Source: Armatimonadota bacterium
Lineage (GTDB): Bacteria; Armatimonadota; Zipacnadia; Zipacnadales; UBA5352
Assembly (NCBI GenBank): GCA_034722055.1
Contig: JAYENL010000211.1
Location: forward strand, 1-28,759
Reading direction: 5' to 3'
DNA length: 28,759 nucleotides
Both the position numbers and the translations under genes were made by a program. Below, one piece after another: positions 18,026 to 27,474 of the stretch; position 1 is the stretch's first letter; each line of letters begins with the position of its first letter. The notes under the pieces are model-generated. The model was not told the DNA's origin and did not search any database. It saw only the letters and a program-made list of their open reading frames with translations.

Positions 18026-19489
18026 ATGGCTCTCGGAGAGTGCAATATCGTGCTGCTGGGGCCGCCGGGGGCGGGAAAGGGCACCCAGGCCAAGATGCTC
18101 AGCGATGAGCTGGACGTTCCGCACATCTCCACCGGGGATATCCTGCGGGAGGCGGTCGCGGAGGACACGGACCTGGGCCGAAAGGCCGAGGCGTACATGG
18201 ATCGTGGTGAACTTGTGCCCGATGAGCTCGTCATAGCTATAGCCCGGGAGCGCCTGGCCCAGGAGGACTGCGAGGGCGGCTTCATTCTTGACGGCTTCCC
18301 TCGAACCGTGGCCCAGGCCGAGGCGCTCGGCGAGGCCATGGACGACCTCGGCCGTGATCCCCTGACCGTCATCAACCTGGTCGTGGACGAGGACGAGATC
18401 GTGCGCCGGCTCTCGGGCCGGCGGCTGTGCAGCGAGTGCGGCGGCATCTATCACGTGGATCAGGAGGGTGTCGAGGACGGCGGGCAATGCCCCGATGCGG
18501 ACTGCGACGGCGAGCTGTATCAGCGCAGCGACGACCGTCCGGAGGCAGTCCGGGAGCGCCTGTCAGTCTACCGGGAGCAGACCGAGCCGCTGATCGAGTA
18601 CTACGATCAGCGCGGCGTGTTGGTCAACGTCTCCGGGGAGGGCGAGCCGAAGGAGATCTTTGACCGCATGGTGGAGGTCGTGGGTGGCGGGGGGGCAGTG
18701 ATGACCGGCCCGCGGATCAAGGGCCATGAGGTCAGGCCCAAGACTCAGGCCGAGCTGGAGACAATGCGGCATGCCGGCAAGATCCATGCCCGCACGCTGG
18801 CGCGGCTCCGCGAGGCCATCGAGCCGGGGGTCACGACTGCGGAGCTGGATCGGATCGCCGAGGAGGTGATCGGCGAGGCGGGGGGTGAGCCCTCATTCAA
18901 GGGCTACCAGGGCTATCCGGCGGCGATCTGCGCGCAGCGCAACGACGTGGTGGTGCACGGCATTCCGTCGGAGGACGAGGTGCTGGTGGAGGGCGACATC
19001 TTCGGCGTGGACCTGGGGGTGCAGTGGGGAGGTTATCATGCCGATGGTGCTTTCACGATGGGCGTCGGCGAGATCGACGAGCCCTCCCGACGGCTGCTGG
19101 AGGTGACCGAGCGAGCCCTGGAGCTGGCCATCGAGCAGGTGCGCCCGGGAAATACCATCCGGGACATCGCCTCGGCCGTGCAGACGCACGTGGAGGCGGC
19201 GGGATTCTCGGTGGTGCGAGCCCTGGTGGGGCACGGCATCGGTCAGCGGATCCATGAGCCGCCGCAAGTGCCGAACTTCATCGACGACGACCGGAACGCG
19301 ACGTATGACTTCGAGCTCGTTCCGGGCGTCACGGTGGCCATCGAGCCGATGGTCAACGCCGGCGGGTATGAGGTGGTGCAGGACGCCGACGGGTGGAAGG
19401 TTCGCACGCGGGACGGCAGCCGGTCGGCGCACTTCGAGCACACAGTGGCCGTCACCGAGGACGGCTGCTGGATTCTCACCGCGCCCTGA
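18026..19489 (+). CDS. adk: Adenylate kinase, fused in frame to methionine aminopeptidase as assembled (Adk domain about 18026-18700)
   Basis: GPPGAGKGTQA, STGDILR, GFILDGFPRT, Cys-containing lid, QRSDD; no stop codon before the map sequence. Confidence 0.9.
   Translation: MALGECNIVLLGPPGAGKGTQAKMLSDELDVPHISTGDILREAVAEDTDLGRKAEAYMDRGELVPDELVIAIARERLAQEDCEGGFILDGFPRTVAQAEALGEAMDDLGRDPLTVINLVVDEDEIVRRLSGRRLCSECGGIYHVDQEGVEDGGQCPDADCDGELYQRSDDRPEAVRERLSVYREQTEPLIEYYDQRGVLVNVSGEGEPKEIFDRMVEVVGGGGAVMTGPRIKGHEVRPKTQAELETMRHAGKIHARTLARLREAIEPGVTTAELDRIAEEVIGEAGGEPSFKGYQGYPAAICAQRNDVVVHGIPSEDEVLVEGDIFGVDLGVQWGGYHADGAFTMGVGEIDEPSRRLLEVTERALELAIEQVRPGNTIRDIASAVQTHVEAAGFSVVRALVGHGIGQRIHEPPQVPNFIDDDRNATYDFELVPGVTVAIEPMVNAGGYEVVQDADGWKVRTRDGSRSAHFEHTVAVTEDGCWILTAP
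18701..19489 (+). CDS. map: Type I methionine aminopeptidase (C-terminal part of the fused ORF; has its own ATG)
   Basis: VVHGIP, DLG...GYHAD, GHGIG..IHEPP, AIEPMVN, SAHFEHTV. Confidence 0.95.
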   Translation: MTGPRIKGHEVRPKTQAELETMRHAGKIHARTLARLREAIEPGVTTAELDRIAEEVIGEAGGEPSFKGYQGYPAAICAQRNDVVVHGIPSEDEVLVEGDIFGVDLGVQWGGYHADGAFTMGVGEIDEPSRRLLEVTERALELAIEQVRPGNTIRDIASAVQTHVEAAGFSVVRALVGHGIGQRIHEPPQVPNFIDDDRNATYDFELVPGVTVAIEPMVNAGGYEVVQDADGWKVRTRDGSRSAHFEHTVAVTEDGCWILTAP

Positions 19490-19522
19490 GCGTGGCGCGG
19501 GGGAGTGAGGCACGATAGGGTT

Positions 19523-19765
19523 ATGGCGAAAAAGCAGACCGCGCAGAAGAAAGAGCCCAAGATGCTCCGGGTCCTTGGGACGGTGGTCGAGAAGCTCCCG
19601 GACGCCGTCTTCAAGGTTGAGCTGGAAAACGGGCACGAACTTCTGGCTCATGTCTGCGGCAAGATCCGCATGAAGTACATCCGGATCATGCCCGGCGATA
19701 AGGTCACGGTGGAGATCTCGCCCTACGACCTCTCGCGCGGGCGGATCGTCTGGCTGCACAAGTAG
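19523..19765 (+). CDS. infA: Translation initiation factor IF-1
   Basis: [35 protein letters not shown]. Confidence 0.99.
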   Translation: MAKKQTAQKKEPKMLRVLGTVVEKLPDAVFKVELENGHELLAHVCGKIRMKYIRIMPGDKVTVEISPYDLSRGRIVWLHK

Positions 19766-19878
19766 CCGGGCGGCTCCGGACCGAGCATGGCGGGGGCGCA
19801 TGCCCCCGGAGGATGAGTACGTCCCGGCGGTCAGGAGGCCGCCGGTGGAGACAGGTACGTCCTGCAGGAGTGAGCTGG

Positions 19879-19992
19879 ATGAAGGTCAAGGCGTCAGTGA
19901 AGAAGCGGTGCGACAAGTGCAAGATCATTCGGCGCAAGGGTGTCGTGCGGGTGGTCTGCTCCAACCCGCGGCACAAGCAGCGCCAGGGGTAA
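19879..19992 (+). CDS. rpmJ: 50S ribosomal protein L36 (zinc-ribbon form); absent from the ORF track
   Basis: Manual translation: [37 protein letters not shown]. Confidence 0.98.
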   Translation: MKVKASVKKRCDKCKIIRRKGVVRVVCSNPRHKQRQG

Positions 19993-20048
19993 GCGGCTGA
20001 CCGAGTGGATGCCGCATTGAGCGTGCTGCCGGACGAGGAGGAGTGTCA

Positions 20049-20432
20049 GTGCCCAGGATTGCAGGCGTAGATCTGCCGGCGAACAAGCGAGTGGAGATCG
20101 CCCTCACCTACATCTACGGCATCGGGCGCTCGACCGCTGAGAAGATTCGCGAGCAGGCGCAGATCGACCCGCAGGCGAAGATGCGGGACCTCACGGAGCA
20201 GGAGGCCGCGCGTCTGCGGGAGATCATCGACAGCGACTACACCATCGAGGGCGACAAGCGCCGGGAGGTCGCGGCCAACATTCAGCGGCTGATCGAGATC
20301 GGGACCTACCGCGGCCAGCGCCATCGGCGCGGCCTGCCCGTGCGCGGGCAGCGCACGCGCACCAACGCCCGCACCCGGAAGGGCAAGCGGAAGACGGTCG
20401 CCGGGAGGAAGCGAGCGACCGCCAAGAAGTAG
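20049..20432 (+). CDS. rpsM: 30S ribosomal protein S13
   Basis: [38 protein letters not shown] start at 20049 (or 20043). Confidence 0.99.
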   Translation: MPRIAGVDLPANKRVEIALTYIYGIGRSTAEKIREQAQIDPQAKMRDLTEQEAARLREIIDSDYTIEGDKRREVAANIQRLIEIGTYRGQRHRRGLPVRGQRTRTNARTRKGKRKTVAGRKRATAKK

Positions 20433-20486
20433 GTCTCCCACGCCGGCGTTGCACCGGCGTGAGGCTGAGAAACAGGAGGAGCGAGG

Positions 20487-20987
20487 ATGGCTGACGAGCG
20501 CGAGCAGGCGGCGGAGCCTGAGGAGGAGGGCGCCGCGGAGGGGGCCGGCAACGAGCGGGCCCAGGATGATGACCAGGCCCGTGAGGAGCAGGCCCCGGAA
20601 GAGCGGGGCGAGGAGCGGCCGCGGGAGCGGCGGGCGCCGCGTGGCGCCCAGGGCCGGGCCTACATCAAGTCCACCTTCAACAACACCATCATCACTATCA
20701 CCGACCAGCGTGGCAACACGGTGACGTGGGCCAGCGGGGGGACGGTGGGCTTTGAGGGCACCCGCAAGGGTACGCCCTTCGCCGCCCAGCTCGCGGGCGA
20801 GAACGCCGCCCGGCGGGCCATCGACGCCGGCATCCGCCGGCTGGAGGTCCTCACCAAGGGCCCCGGCTCCGGACGCGAGACGGCCGTCCGGGCGATGCAG
20901 GCGGTGGGCATCGAGGTGGGCGACATCAGGGACGTGACGGCCACGCCGCACAACGGCTGCCGCCCCAAGAAGCGACGGCGCATGTAA
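20487..20987 (+). CDS. rpsK: 30S ribosomal protein S11 with acidic N-terminal extension
   Basis: [41 protein letters not shown]. Confidence 0.99.
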   Translation: MADEREQAAEPEEEGAAEGAGNERAQDDDQAREEQAPEERGEERPRERRAPRGAQGRAYIKSTFNNTIITITDQRGNTVTWASGGTVGFEGTRKGTPFAAQLAGENAARRAIDAGIRRLEVLTKGPGSGRETAVRAMQAVGIEVGDIRDVTATPHNGCRPKKRRRM

Positions 20988-21039
20988 CAGCAGGTGAGCT
21001 CGCGGCCCACGGCCGCCACCTGCGGAGGTGAATGGATTC

Positions 21040-21669
21040 ATGGCGCGATACACTGGACCGGTCTGTCGGCTCTGCCGGCGTGAGGGGCAGAAGCTGTTCC
21101 TCAAAGGGGAGCGGTGTCACGGCCCGAAGTGCCCCCTTGAGCGCAAGGGCTACCCGCCCGGCGAGCACGGCAACCAGCGCCGCGGGCGGCGGCGCCCCTC
21201 CGACTACGCCCTGCAGCTTCGTGAGAAGCAGAAGCTGCGCGCTATCTACGGGCTGCAGGAGCGGCAGTTCCGGCGCTACGTGAGGCAGGCGGTCAAGTCC
21301 AAGGCTGTGACGGGGCACATGCTGCTGTCGCTGCTGGAGCGGCGGCTGGACAGCGTCCTGCGCCTGGGCGGGCTCGCGGCCAGCCAGAGTCAGGCCCGAC
21401 AGCTCGTGCGGCACCGGCACATTGCCGTCAACGGCCGGGTCTGTGACATCCCCTCGCGCGTCGTGCGGGAGGGCGACGTCATCGAAGTGCGAGAGGGCAG
21501 CCGCGACCTGCAGCCGGTGGTGGAGGCGATCAGCCGGGGCTACGACTCCCCCAACTGGCTACAGGTGGACCCTGACAGCCGCACCATCGAGGTCACGCGC
21601 CTGCCCGAGCCTGACGATATCAACGTGGACATCGACGAGCAGCAGGTCGTCGAGTTCTACGCCCGATAG
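21040..21669 (+). CDS. rpsD: 30S ribosomal protein S4 (zinc-binding form)
   Basis: MARYTGPVCRLCRREG...C...C, QLREKQK, LERRLD, ARQLVRH, VVEFYAR. Confidence 0.99.
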   Translation: MARYTGPVCRLCRREGQKLFLKGERCHGPKCPLERKGYPPGEHGNQRRGRRRPSDYALQLREKQKLRAIYGLQERQFRRYVRQAVKSKAVTGHMLLSLLERRLDSVLRLGGLAASQSQARQLVRHRHIAVNGRVCDIPSRVVREGDVIEVREGSRDLQPVVEAISRGYDSPNWLQVDPDSRTIEVTRLPEPDDINVDIDEQQVVEFYAR

Positions 21670-21716
21670 ACCAGTCCGGACCGTTCCGTGAGACGACGGT
21701 GAAGGGAGACCACCCG

Positions 21717-22703
21717 ATGATTGAGGAGCTGGCCCCCAGCATGGTGGCGCTGGAGCTTTCCGAGAAGTACGGGAAGTTCGCCATCGGGCCGCTGGAGAGG
21801 GGCTTTGGACATACGCTGGGCAATGCCTTCCGCCGCGTGCTGCTGGGGCACATCCCCGGGGCCGCGGTGACGGACGTGCGGATCGACGGGGTGCCGCACG
21901 CCTTCACGACCATCGAGGGCGTCTACGAGGACGCCACCGAGATCTGCCTGAACATCAAGGAGCTGGCGATCAAGTTCAGCGAGGAGGCCGAGGATGAGGG
22001 CGAGAAGATCGCCCGCATCGAGGCTGAGGGGGAGGGCGAGATCGTCGGCGGGGACGTCACCTGCCCGCCGGGGGTGGAGATCATCAACCCCGAGATCCAC
22101 ATCGCCACAATCACCGACGATGACACCAGCCTCTACATGGATTTGTGGGTGGAGCGCGATACCGGCTACCACCCGGTGGAGGAGCCGGGGCGGGAGAAGC
22201 GCCCCGGTGACGTCATCGCCCTGGATGCCCTCTTCTCGCCGATCGCCCGCTGCACCTACCGGGTGGAGCCCACGCGCCTGGGGCACCGCACCGACCTGGA
22301 CCGGCTGATGCTGGAGGTGTGGGGCGACGGGACGATCATGCCCGACGATGCGGTGCGGGAGGCCGCCGAGGTCCTCGTCCGCTACATCACGGTCTTCTCG
22401 GAGATCGAGATGCCGGAGGAGGAGGAAGAGGAAGAGGTGGCTGAAGAGGAGGAGGTCCTCAACAAGATCCTGGGCTGGCCCATCGAGGAGATGGAGTTCT
22501 CGGTGCGGACCTTCAACTGCCTCAAGAAGGAGAACATCGACACCGTCGGCGAGCTGGTGGAGCGGACCGAGGACGATCTGCTGGACATCCGGAACTTCGG
22601 CAAGCGCTCGCTGGAAGAGGTCATCGAGAAGCTGGCGGCCGTGGACCTGAGTCTGGAGGAGCCGGCAGCCGCCGAGGAGCTCGTGGAGGAAGAGGACGGA
22701 TAG
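21717..22703 (+). CDS. rpoA: RNA polymerase subunit alpha
   Basis: PLERGFGHTLGNAFRRVLL, DALFSP, FSVRTFNCLK, IRNFGKRSLEE. Confidence 0.99.
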   Translation: MIEELAPSMVALELSEKYGKFAIGPLERGFGHTLGNAFRRVLLGHIPGAAVTDVRIDGVPHAFTTIEGVYEDATEICLNIKELAIKFSEEAEDEGEKIARIEAEGEGEIVGGDVTCPPGVEIINPEIHIATITDDDTSLYMDLWVERDTGYHPVEEPGREKRPGDVIALDALFSPIARCTYRVEPTRLGHRTDLDRLMLEVWGDGTIMPDDAVREAAEVLVRYITVFSEIEMPEEEEEEEVAEEEEVLNKILGWPIEEMEFSVRTFNCLKKENIDTVGELVERTEDDLLDIRNFGKRSLEEVIEKLAAVDLSLEEPAAAEELVEEEDG

Positions 22704-22743
22704 ATAATCGGCGGCCGGCGCGCGCCGCTTGCGAGGGAAAGAC

Positions 22744-23097
22744 ATGCGACACCGCAAGGACCACAGGAAGCTGGGGCGGCCCACCGACCAGCGCATGGCC
22801 ATGCTGCGCTCCCAGGTGGACGCCCTGTTCCGGCACAGCCGCGTGAAGACCACCGTGCAGAAGGCCAAAGAGACCCGGCGCCTGGCCGAGAAGCTCATCT
22901 CCACCGCCAAGCGGGGGGACCTGCACGCCAGGCGCCAGGTGCTGGAGAAGGTCCGCGACAAGGACCTGGTGGCGTATCTGTTCGAGGAGCTGGCGCCGCG
23001 GTTCGCCGACCGCGACGGCGGCTACACGCGGGTGATCCGAGCCGGCCGCCGGAGCGGCGACAACGCCGAGATGGCCATCCTGGAGCTGACCGACTGA
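22744..23097 (+). CDS. rplQ: 50S ribosomal protein L17
   Basis: MRHRK..RKLGR, KTTVQKAKE, RDGGYTRVI, GDNAEMA. Confidence 0.99.
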   Translation: MRHRKDHRKLGRPTDQRMAMLRSQVDALFRHSRVKTTVQKAKETRRLAEKLISTAKRGDLHARRQVLEKVRDKDLVAYLFEELAPRFADRDGGYTRVIRAGRRSGDNAEMAILELTD

Positions 23098-23113
23098 CGG
23101 CAGCGAGTTGACC

Positions 23114-23872
23114 ATGCGCCGGGTGCTGCTGGTCATTCAGTATGACGGCACCGACTACCACGGCTTCCAGCGGCAGCCGAACGTGCCCAGCGTTCAGGAG
23201 GAGCTGGAGGGGGCGCTGAGCCGACTGCTGGAGCATGAGGTGGAGGTCACCGGCGCGGGGCGCACCGACGCCGGCGTGCACGCTCTGGGGCAGACTGTGA
23301 CCTTTGAGACCGACAGCACCATTCCGACCAGGCGCATCTCGCTGGCCCTCAATGCGCTGCTGCCCGACGCGGTGAGCGCTGTGGGGGCGCAGGAGGTGCC
23401 CGCCGGGTTCCACCCGCGCTACGACGCGACGGGGAAGCTCTACGGCTATCGGATTCTCAACCGAGAGCTGCCCTCGCCCTTCATCTGCCGCTACGCCTGG
23501 CACGTGCGCCGGCCGCTGGATGTGCCGATGATGGGCCAGGCGGGCGACCGGCTCATCGGGGAGCACGACTTCGCGGCCTTCAGCTCCGGGGGGATGTCGG
23601 TGAGCACCACGGTCCGGACGCTGCGGCGGCTGGATGTGGCTGAGGAGGGCGACCTGATAGAGCTGCGCGCGGAGGCGGACGGCTTCCTGTACATGATGGT
23701 CCGGCGCATCGTGGGAGTGCTGGTGGAGGTGGGGCGAGAGCGGCTGTCGGTGGAGGAGGTGGGGCGGATCCTGGAGAGCGGGGACCGCACCCGGGCGGCC
23801 TTCGTGGCCCCGCCGCAGGGCCTGTCGCTGATCAGGGTGATCTACGGGGGCGAGCCGCGGGCTCGCCCATGA
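23114..23872 (+). CDS. truA: tRNA pseudouridine(38-40) synthase TruA
   Basis: YDGTDYHGFQRQ, AGRTDAGVHA, GEHDFAAF, FLYMMVR, APPQGL; alternative TTG start at 23108. Confidence 0.98.
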   Translation: MRRVLLVIQYDGTDYHGFQRQPNVPSVQEELEGALSRLLEHEVEVTGAGRTDAGVHALGQTVTFETDSTIPTRRISLALNALLPDAVSAVGAQEVPAGFHPRYDATGKLYGYRILNRELPSPFICRYAWHVRRPLDVPMMGQAGDRLIGEHDFAAFSSGGMSVSTTVRTLRRLDVAEEGDLIELRAEADGFLYMMVRRIVGVLVEVGRERLSVEEVGRILESGDRTRAAFVAPPQGLSLIRVIYGGEPRARP

Positions 23873-23884
23873 GGAGGAAGCAGC

Positions 23885-24322
23885 ATGGAGGACAGGACGC
23901 TGTCGGTCAACCCGGCCGACGTTGAGCGCAACTGGTACATCGTCAGCGCGCGAGGGAGAGTCCTCGGCCATCTGGCCGCAGAGGTCGCGACGGTGCTGCG
24001 CGGCAAGCACAAGCCGTCCTTTACCCCGCACGTGGACTGTGGGGATTACGTCATCGTCACCGACGCCGAGCGGGTGCAGCTCACCGGCAACAAGCGGGAG
24101 ACCAAGGTGCGCCGCTGGCACACCGGCTACCCCGGGCACCTGCGATCCAAGACCTACGACGAGCTGCTCGAGAGCGAGCCGGAGGAGGTCATCAGGCGGA
24201 CCGTTCGGGGGATGCTGCCCAAGAGCCGGCTGGGCCGGAAGATGCTGCGGAAGCTGAAGGTCTACGCCGGCTCCGAGCACCCGCACTCGGCGCAACAGCC
24301 CCAGCCGCTGCCAGAGCGGTAG
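23885..24322 (+). CDS. rplM: 50S ribosomal protein L13
   Basis: [36 protein letters not shown]. Confidence 0.99.
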   Translation: MEDRTLSVNPADVERNWYIVSARGRVLGHLAAEVATVLRGKHKPSFTPHVDCGDYVIVTDAERVQLTGNKRETKVRRWHTGYPGHLRSKTYDELLESEPEEVIRRTVRGMLPKSRLGRKMLRKLKVYAGSEHPHSAQQPQPLPER

Positions 24323-24356
24323 AGCAGACCAGAGCACTATTCAGGAGGCGAATGTA

Positions 24357-24752
24357 GTGCCCAACTACGCAGGATACGGAACCGGACGGCGGAAGTCCGC
24401 CGTCGCCAAGGTGTGGCTGGTGCCCGCGGGGTCCGGCCGGATCACCATCAATGACCAGAGCGCGCGCGAGTACCTCAAGCGCGAGAGGCTGGCGGTGCTG
24501 GTCAGCGAGCCCTTCCAGGCCACCGGCACCGGCGAGGCATATGACGCCAAGTGCGTGGTGCTCGGCGGCGGGCTGTCGGGGCAGGCCGGGGCCGTGAGGC
24601 ACGGCATCGCCAACGCTTTGGTTGATGCGGATCCCGAGCACCGCACCGTCCTGGGGCCGGCAGGGCTGCTGACCCGCGACCCGCGCGTGAAGGAGCGCAA
24701 GCACGCCGGCTTCCGGAAGGCGCGGCGCGGCAAGCAGTTCTCCAAGCGCTGA
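24357..24752 (+). CDS. rpsI: 30S ribosomal protein S9
   Basis: [37 protein letters not shown]. Confidence 0.99.
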   Translation: MPNYAGYGTGRRKSAVAKVWLVPAGSGRITINDQSAREYLKRERLAVLVSEPFQATGTGEAYDAKCVVLGGGLSGQAGAVRHGIANALVDADPEHRTVLGPAGLLTRDPRVKERKHAGFRKARRGKQFSKR

Positions 24753-24813
24753 GGCGCCGGAGAGGGACATCTGGCACGTTCAGGGCGCCTCGAAGGAGCA
24801 CCGCTGGACGCGC

Positions 24814-24846
24814 GGGCCGCCACGGAGACATCGTGGCGGCCCTTTT
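24814..24846 (+). terminator. Intrinsic terminator ending the ribosomal superoperon
   Basis: GGGCCGCCACG-GAGACAT-CGTGGCGGCCC-TTTT. Confidence 0.8.
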
Positions 24847-24915
24847 GATGCCGGCCAGGCGAAACATCGTTACCGCCGGGGCAGTCTATGCACGAAACTG
24901 CGGAGGAGGAGCCCC

Positions 24916-26862
24916 ATGACCCGCCGCGCCGCGTGTGTTGCGATGCTGATGCTGCTGGTCGCCTGCGCGCCGCTGTGGGCGGCGCCGCATGGCCGCCACC
25001 TGGCCGCGCTCGTTGTCCGCTACGGCGATGAGGTCTACGGCCGCCGGGAGCAGCAGACTCATTACGACGAGGCCACGCACCTGATGCGGGATGGTGCGGG
25101 GCGGCTGAATCTGGTGGAGACCAGCCTCAACTACGCTGCGGCGCTGCTGGCCGTGGGGGAGGCCCCCGAGCGGGCTCAGAGCGTGATCGAGGCCGTCCTC
25201 GAGAAGCAGGTCGCCGACGAGTCCTCGCCGAGCCTGGGGCTCTTCCCGTGGTACGCCGAGGAGGGCGCCGAGGCCGACCCGGACGCCACCATGTACATCG
25301 CGCCCACGCTGGCGCACCTGGCGATGACCTACGAGGGCGACGCGGCGCTGCGGCGGCTGCTGGGCGAGCGCGCTGAGCTTGCCCTGCAAGGCCTGATGGC
25401 GGCTGAGGGGCGGCCCGAGGAGGGCTTCGGGCTGGCGATGTGGGCGGGGGCGGTGGCGAGTCTGGGCGCGGCGGCCGATGACGATGAGGCCCGGGCTGCC
25501 GCCGGCGACGCTGTCCGCCGGGGGCTGGCGCTGGTGCGCTCGCGTGGCCCCGGGGGGATCCACAGTCCCACCTACGACGCCCTGCGTATCGGTGGCCTGC
25601 GGTGGGCGTGGCAGTACGCGGCCGATGAGGAGGCGCGGCGGGAGTGCGAGCTGGCGTTGCGGCTGTGGTACCTGGACATCCTGCAGCGCTACGAGCCCAC
25701 GTCGGCGATGGTGACCGGCGCCATCGGCCGATCCTACGCCGCCGACTACCTCGGGAGCACAGGTGTTGCCCGCTACCTGCTGGCCTGCGACCTGCCGTCG
25801 GCGATGGCGGCGACCGGCTGGGCCGGGCCGCTGGCGATGTACTTCGCGCTGTGCGACTACGCGCTCCCCGAGGACCTGGTGGCCCTGGGGGAGAGCGATG
25901 CAGTGGTGCAGATGCGCACCCGCCTGCCCCCGCGGGAGGAGGACGTCCTGGAGGATGCCGGCACCTGCACGTGGGTGGGGCCGGGCATGAGCCTGGGGAC
26001 CATGAGCGGGGTGGTTGAGTCCTCGAGCATCCCCATCCTGGCCACCTGTGACCTGCCGCTGCGGCCCACGAGCTACTTCTACGTCTTCGGGGCTCCAGCC
26101 ACCGTCCAGAGCGTGCAGGCGGGGCCGCTGGCGCTGTGCAGCTTCAACTTCGACGCCGTGGGCCCCGGGCGCCGGGTGCAGGTGGGCGTGCGGGGCATCC
26201 TCGGCCGCCGGGATCAGATCCAGCGCGTCATCGTCGGCGGGCACGAGTGGATCGGCGAGCCGGAGGCGGTGGGGCAGAACGCGGTGGTGGCGGTCCGGAG
26301 GGGCAGCTCCTACGTGGGAGTGAAGATCCTGGAGGTCGCCATCGGCGCGGAGATGCGCTCGGGGGTCAAGCCCGGGGCCCTGGAGTGGCTGCGCGAGGGG
26401 AACATGGACTCGCTGATGCTCCAGGTGTACGGGCGGGAGGCCGAGTACCCTCCGCCCAAGCCGCTGTATGATGTCCGGGTGGGGCTGCTGGTGGAGGTGG
26501 CGCCGGTCTCCGAGCACGAGTCCCTGGAGGCCTTCGCGGAGCACGTGGGCCAGCGGAAGGTCTCCCAGCACATCCAGAAGCAGCGCGTGCGCGTGGATAG
26601 GGAGCAGAGGCGAGAGATCCCGGGCCGCCACGAGCTGAAGACGCTACAGGAGATGCGCTTCCTGAACCTGCTGCATCACTCCATGGCGCTGACGGACGAG
26701 GCCCTGCCGCTGGGGCTGAGCGAGGAGCTGGCGCGGAATGTGCTGGTGTCGCGAACGCTTCCCACCGAGCCGCCGGAGGACTACCTGTGGGTGTCGCCGG
26801 AGCTGACGCTCACGACCGGCGGGGAGCTGCTCGGGGCGGAGGAGGGGCCCGCCGCGCAGTAG
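24916..26862 (+). CDS. Secreted hypothetical protein (648 aa)
   Basis: GGAGGAG SD, host-like codon usage, signal peptide (MTRRAACVAMLMLLVACAPLWA); helical N-half and beta-rich C-half by eye. Confidence 0.8.
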   Translation: MTRRAACVAMLMLLVACAPLWAAPHGRHLAALVVRYGDEVYGRREQQTHYDEATHLMRDGAGRLNLVETSLNYAAALLAVGEAPERAQSVIEAVLEKQVADESSPSLGLFPWYAEEGAEADPDATMYIAPTLAHLAMTYEGDAALRRLLGERAELALQGLMAAEGRPEEGFGLAMWAGAVASLGAAADDDEARAAAGDAVRRGLALVRSRGPGGIHSPTYDALRIGGLRWAWQYAADEEARRECELALRLWYLDILQRYEPTSAMVTGAIGRSYAADYLGSTGVARYLLACDLPSAMAATGWAGPLAMYFALCDYALPEDLVALGESDAVVQMRTRLPPREEDVLEDAGTCTWVGPGMSLGTMSGVVESSSIPILATCDLPLRPTSYFYVFGAPATVQSVQAGPLALCSFNFDAVGPGRRVQVGVRGILGRRDQIQRVIVGGHEWIGEPEAVGQNAVVAVRRGSSYVGVKILEVAIGAEMRSGVKPGALEWLREGNMDSLMLQVYGREAEYPPPKPLYDVRVGLLVEVAPVSEHESLEAFAEHVGQRKVSQHIQKQRVRVDREQRREIPGRHELKTLQEMRFLNLLHHSMALTDEALPLGLSEELARNVLVSRTLPTEPPEDYLWVSPELTLTTGGELLGAEEGPAAQ

Positions 26863-26936
26863 CGGCGGCAATCACCAGAAGTGAAAGGGCACGTCCCATG
26901 GTCCGGGCGTGCCTGTCGGTGCCTTGGGACGCGCTG

Positions 26937-27170
26937 CTACTCGAGGACCGGCGGGTCGGGTGGCTGCAGCCCAGCCCCACCGTCCGTCGGGGGCGGAGTG
27001 GGAGGCGTGGTGCCGCCGTCGCCACCGTCACCACCGTTGGAGGGCGGCGGTTGCACACCGCCATCTCCCCCCTCTCCGATGTACGGAGGGTTGCCGTCCC
27101 CGGCAGCACAGGCGGACAGGATGATGACCGTCACCATCATGAGAGCGAGCAGCAGGTAGATAGCCTTCAC
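26937..27170 (-). CDS. Small Gly/Pro/Asp-rich putative lipoprotein (77 aa)
   Basis: MKAIYLLLALMMVTVII-LSAC lipobox; GAGGGGAG SD upstream of the GTG on the minus strand. Confidence 0.7.
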   Translation of the reverse strand: MKAIYLLLALMMVTVIILSACAAGDGNPPYIGEGGDGGVQPPPSNGGDGGDGGTTPPTPPPTDGGAGLQPPDPPVLE

Positions 27171-27418
27171 GGCGTCTCTCCCCTCGTGCCAGCTTCTGTG
27201 CGCGTCATAACGCTTCGCCGCCAGCCTCAGGAATCCTTCCCGCCCTCTATGGTATCAGCCCTGGCCCGCTCTGTCCAGCGCCTTCGCAGACGGGGTTGCG
27301 AATTCCAATTGTCCGTGATACGCGCGGGCGGGGGCGCCCACGCCCCAGTCTGACCTGGGCTGCGGGCGCCCCGCCCGCAGCCGACAATCTGAGGCCGCAC
27401 CCCAGATGGTGCCCCGGC

Positions 27419-27464
27419 TTGACGCAGGGCCCGGTGCGTGTTACTATTCGCGGAAACGTGTGAC
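27419..27464 (+). promoter_or_regulatory. nikR promoter with an overlapping candidate NikR box
   Basis: TTGACG (27419-24), 17 bp, TGn-TACTAT (27442-47); GTGTTAC-N13-GTGTGAC at 27438-27464. Confidence 0.6.
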
Positions 27465-27474
27465 GGAGGTCGGA

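Noticed and set aside
19766..19878. infA-rpmJ spacer with a hairpin and a repeated GTACGTCC
   Set aside because: Short elements expected by chance in GC-rich DNA; no supportable function.
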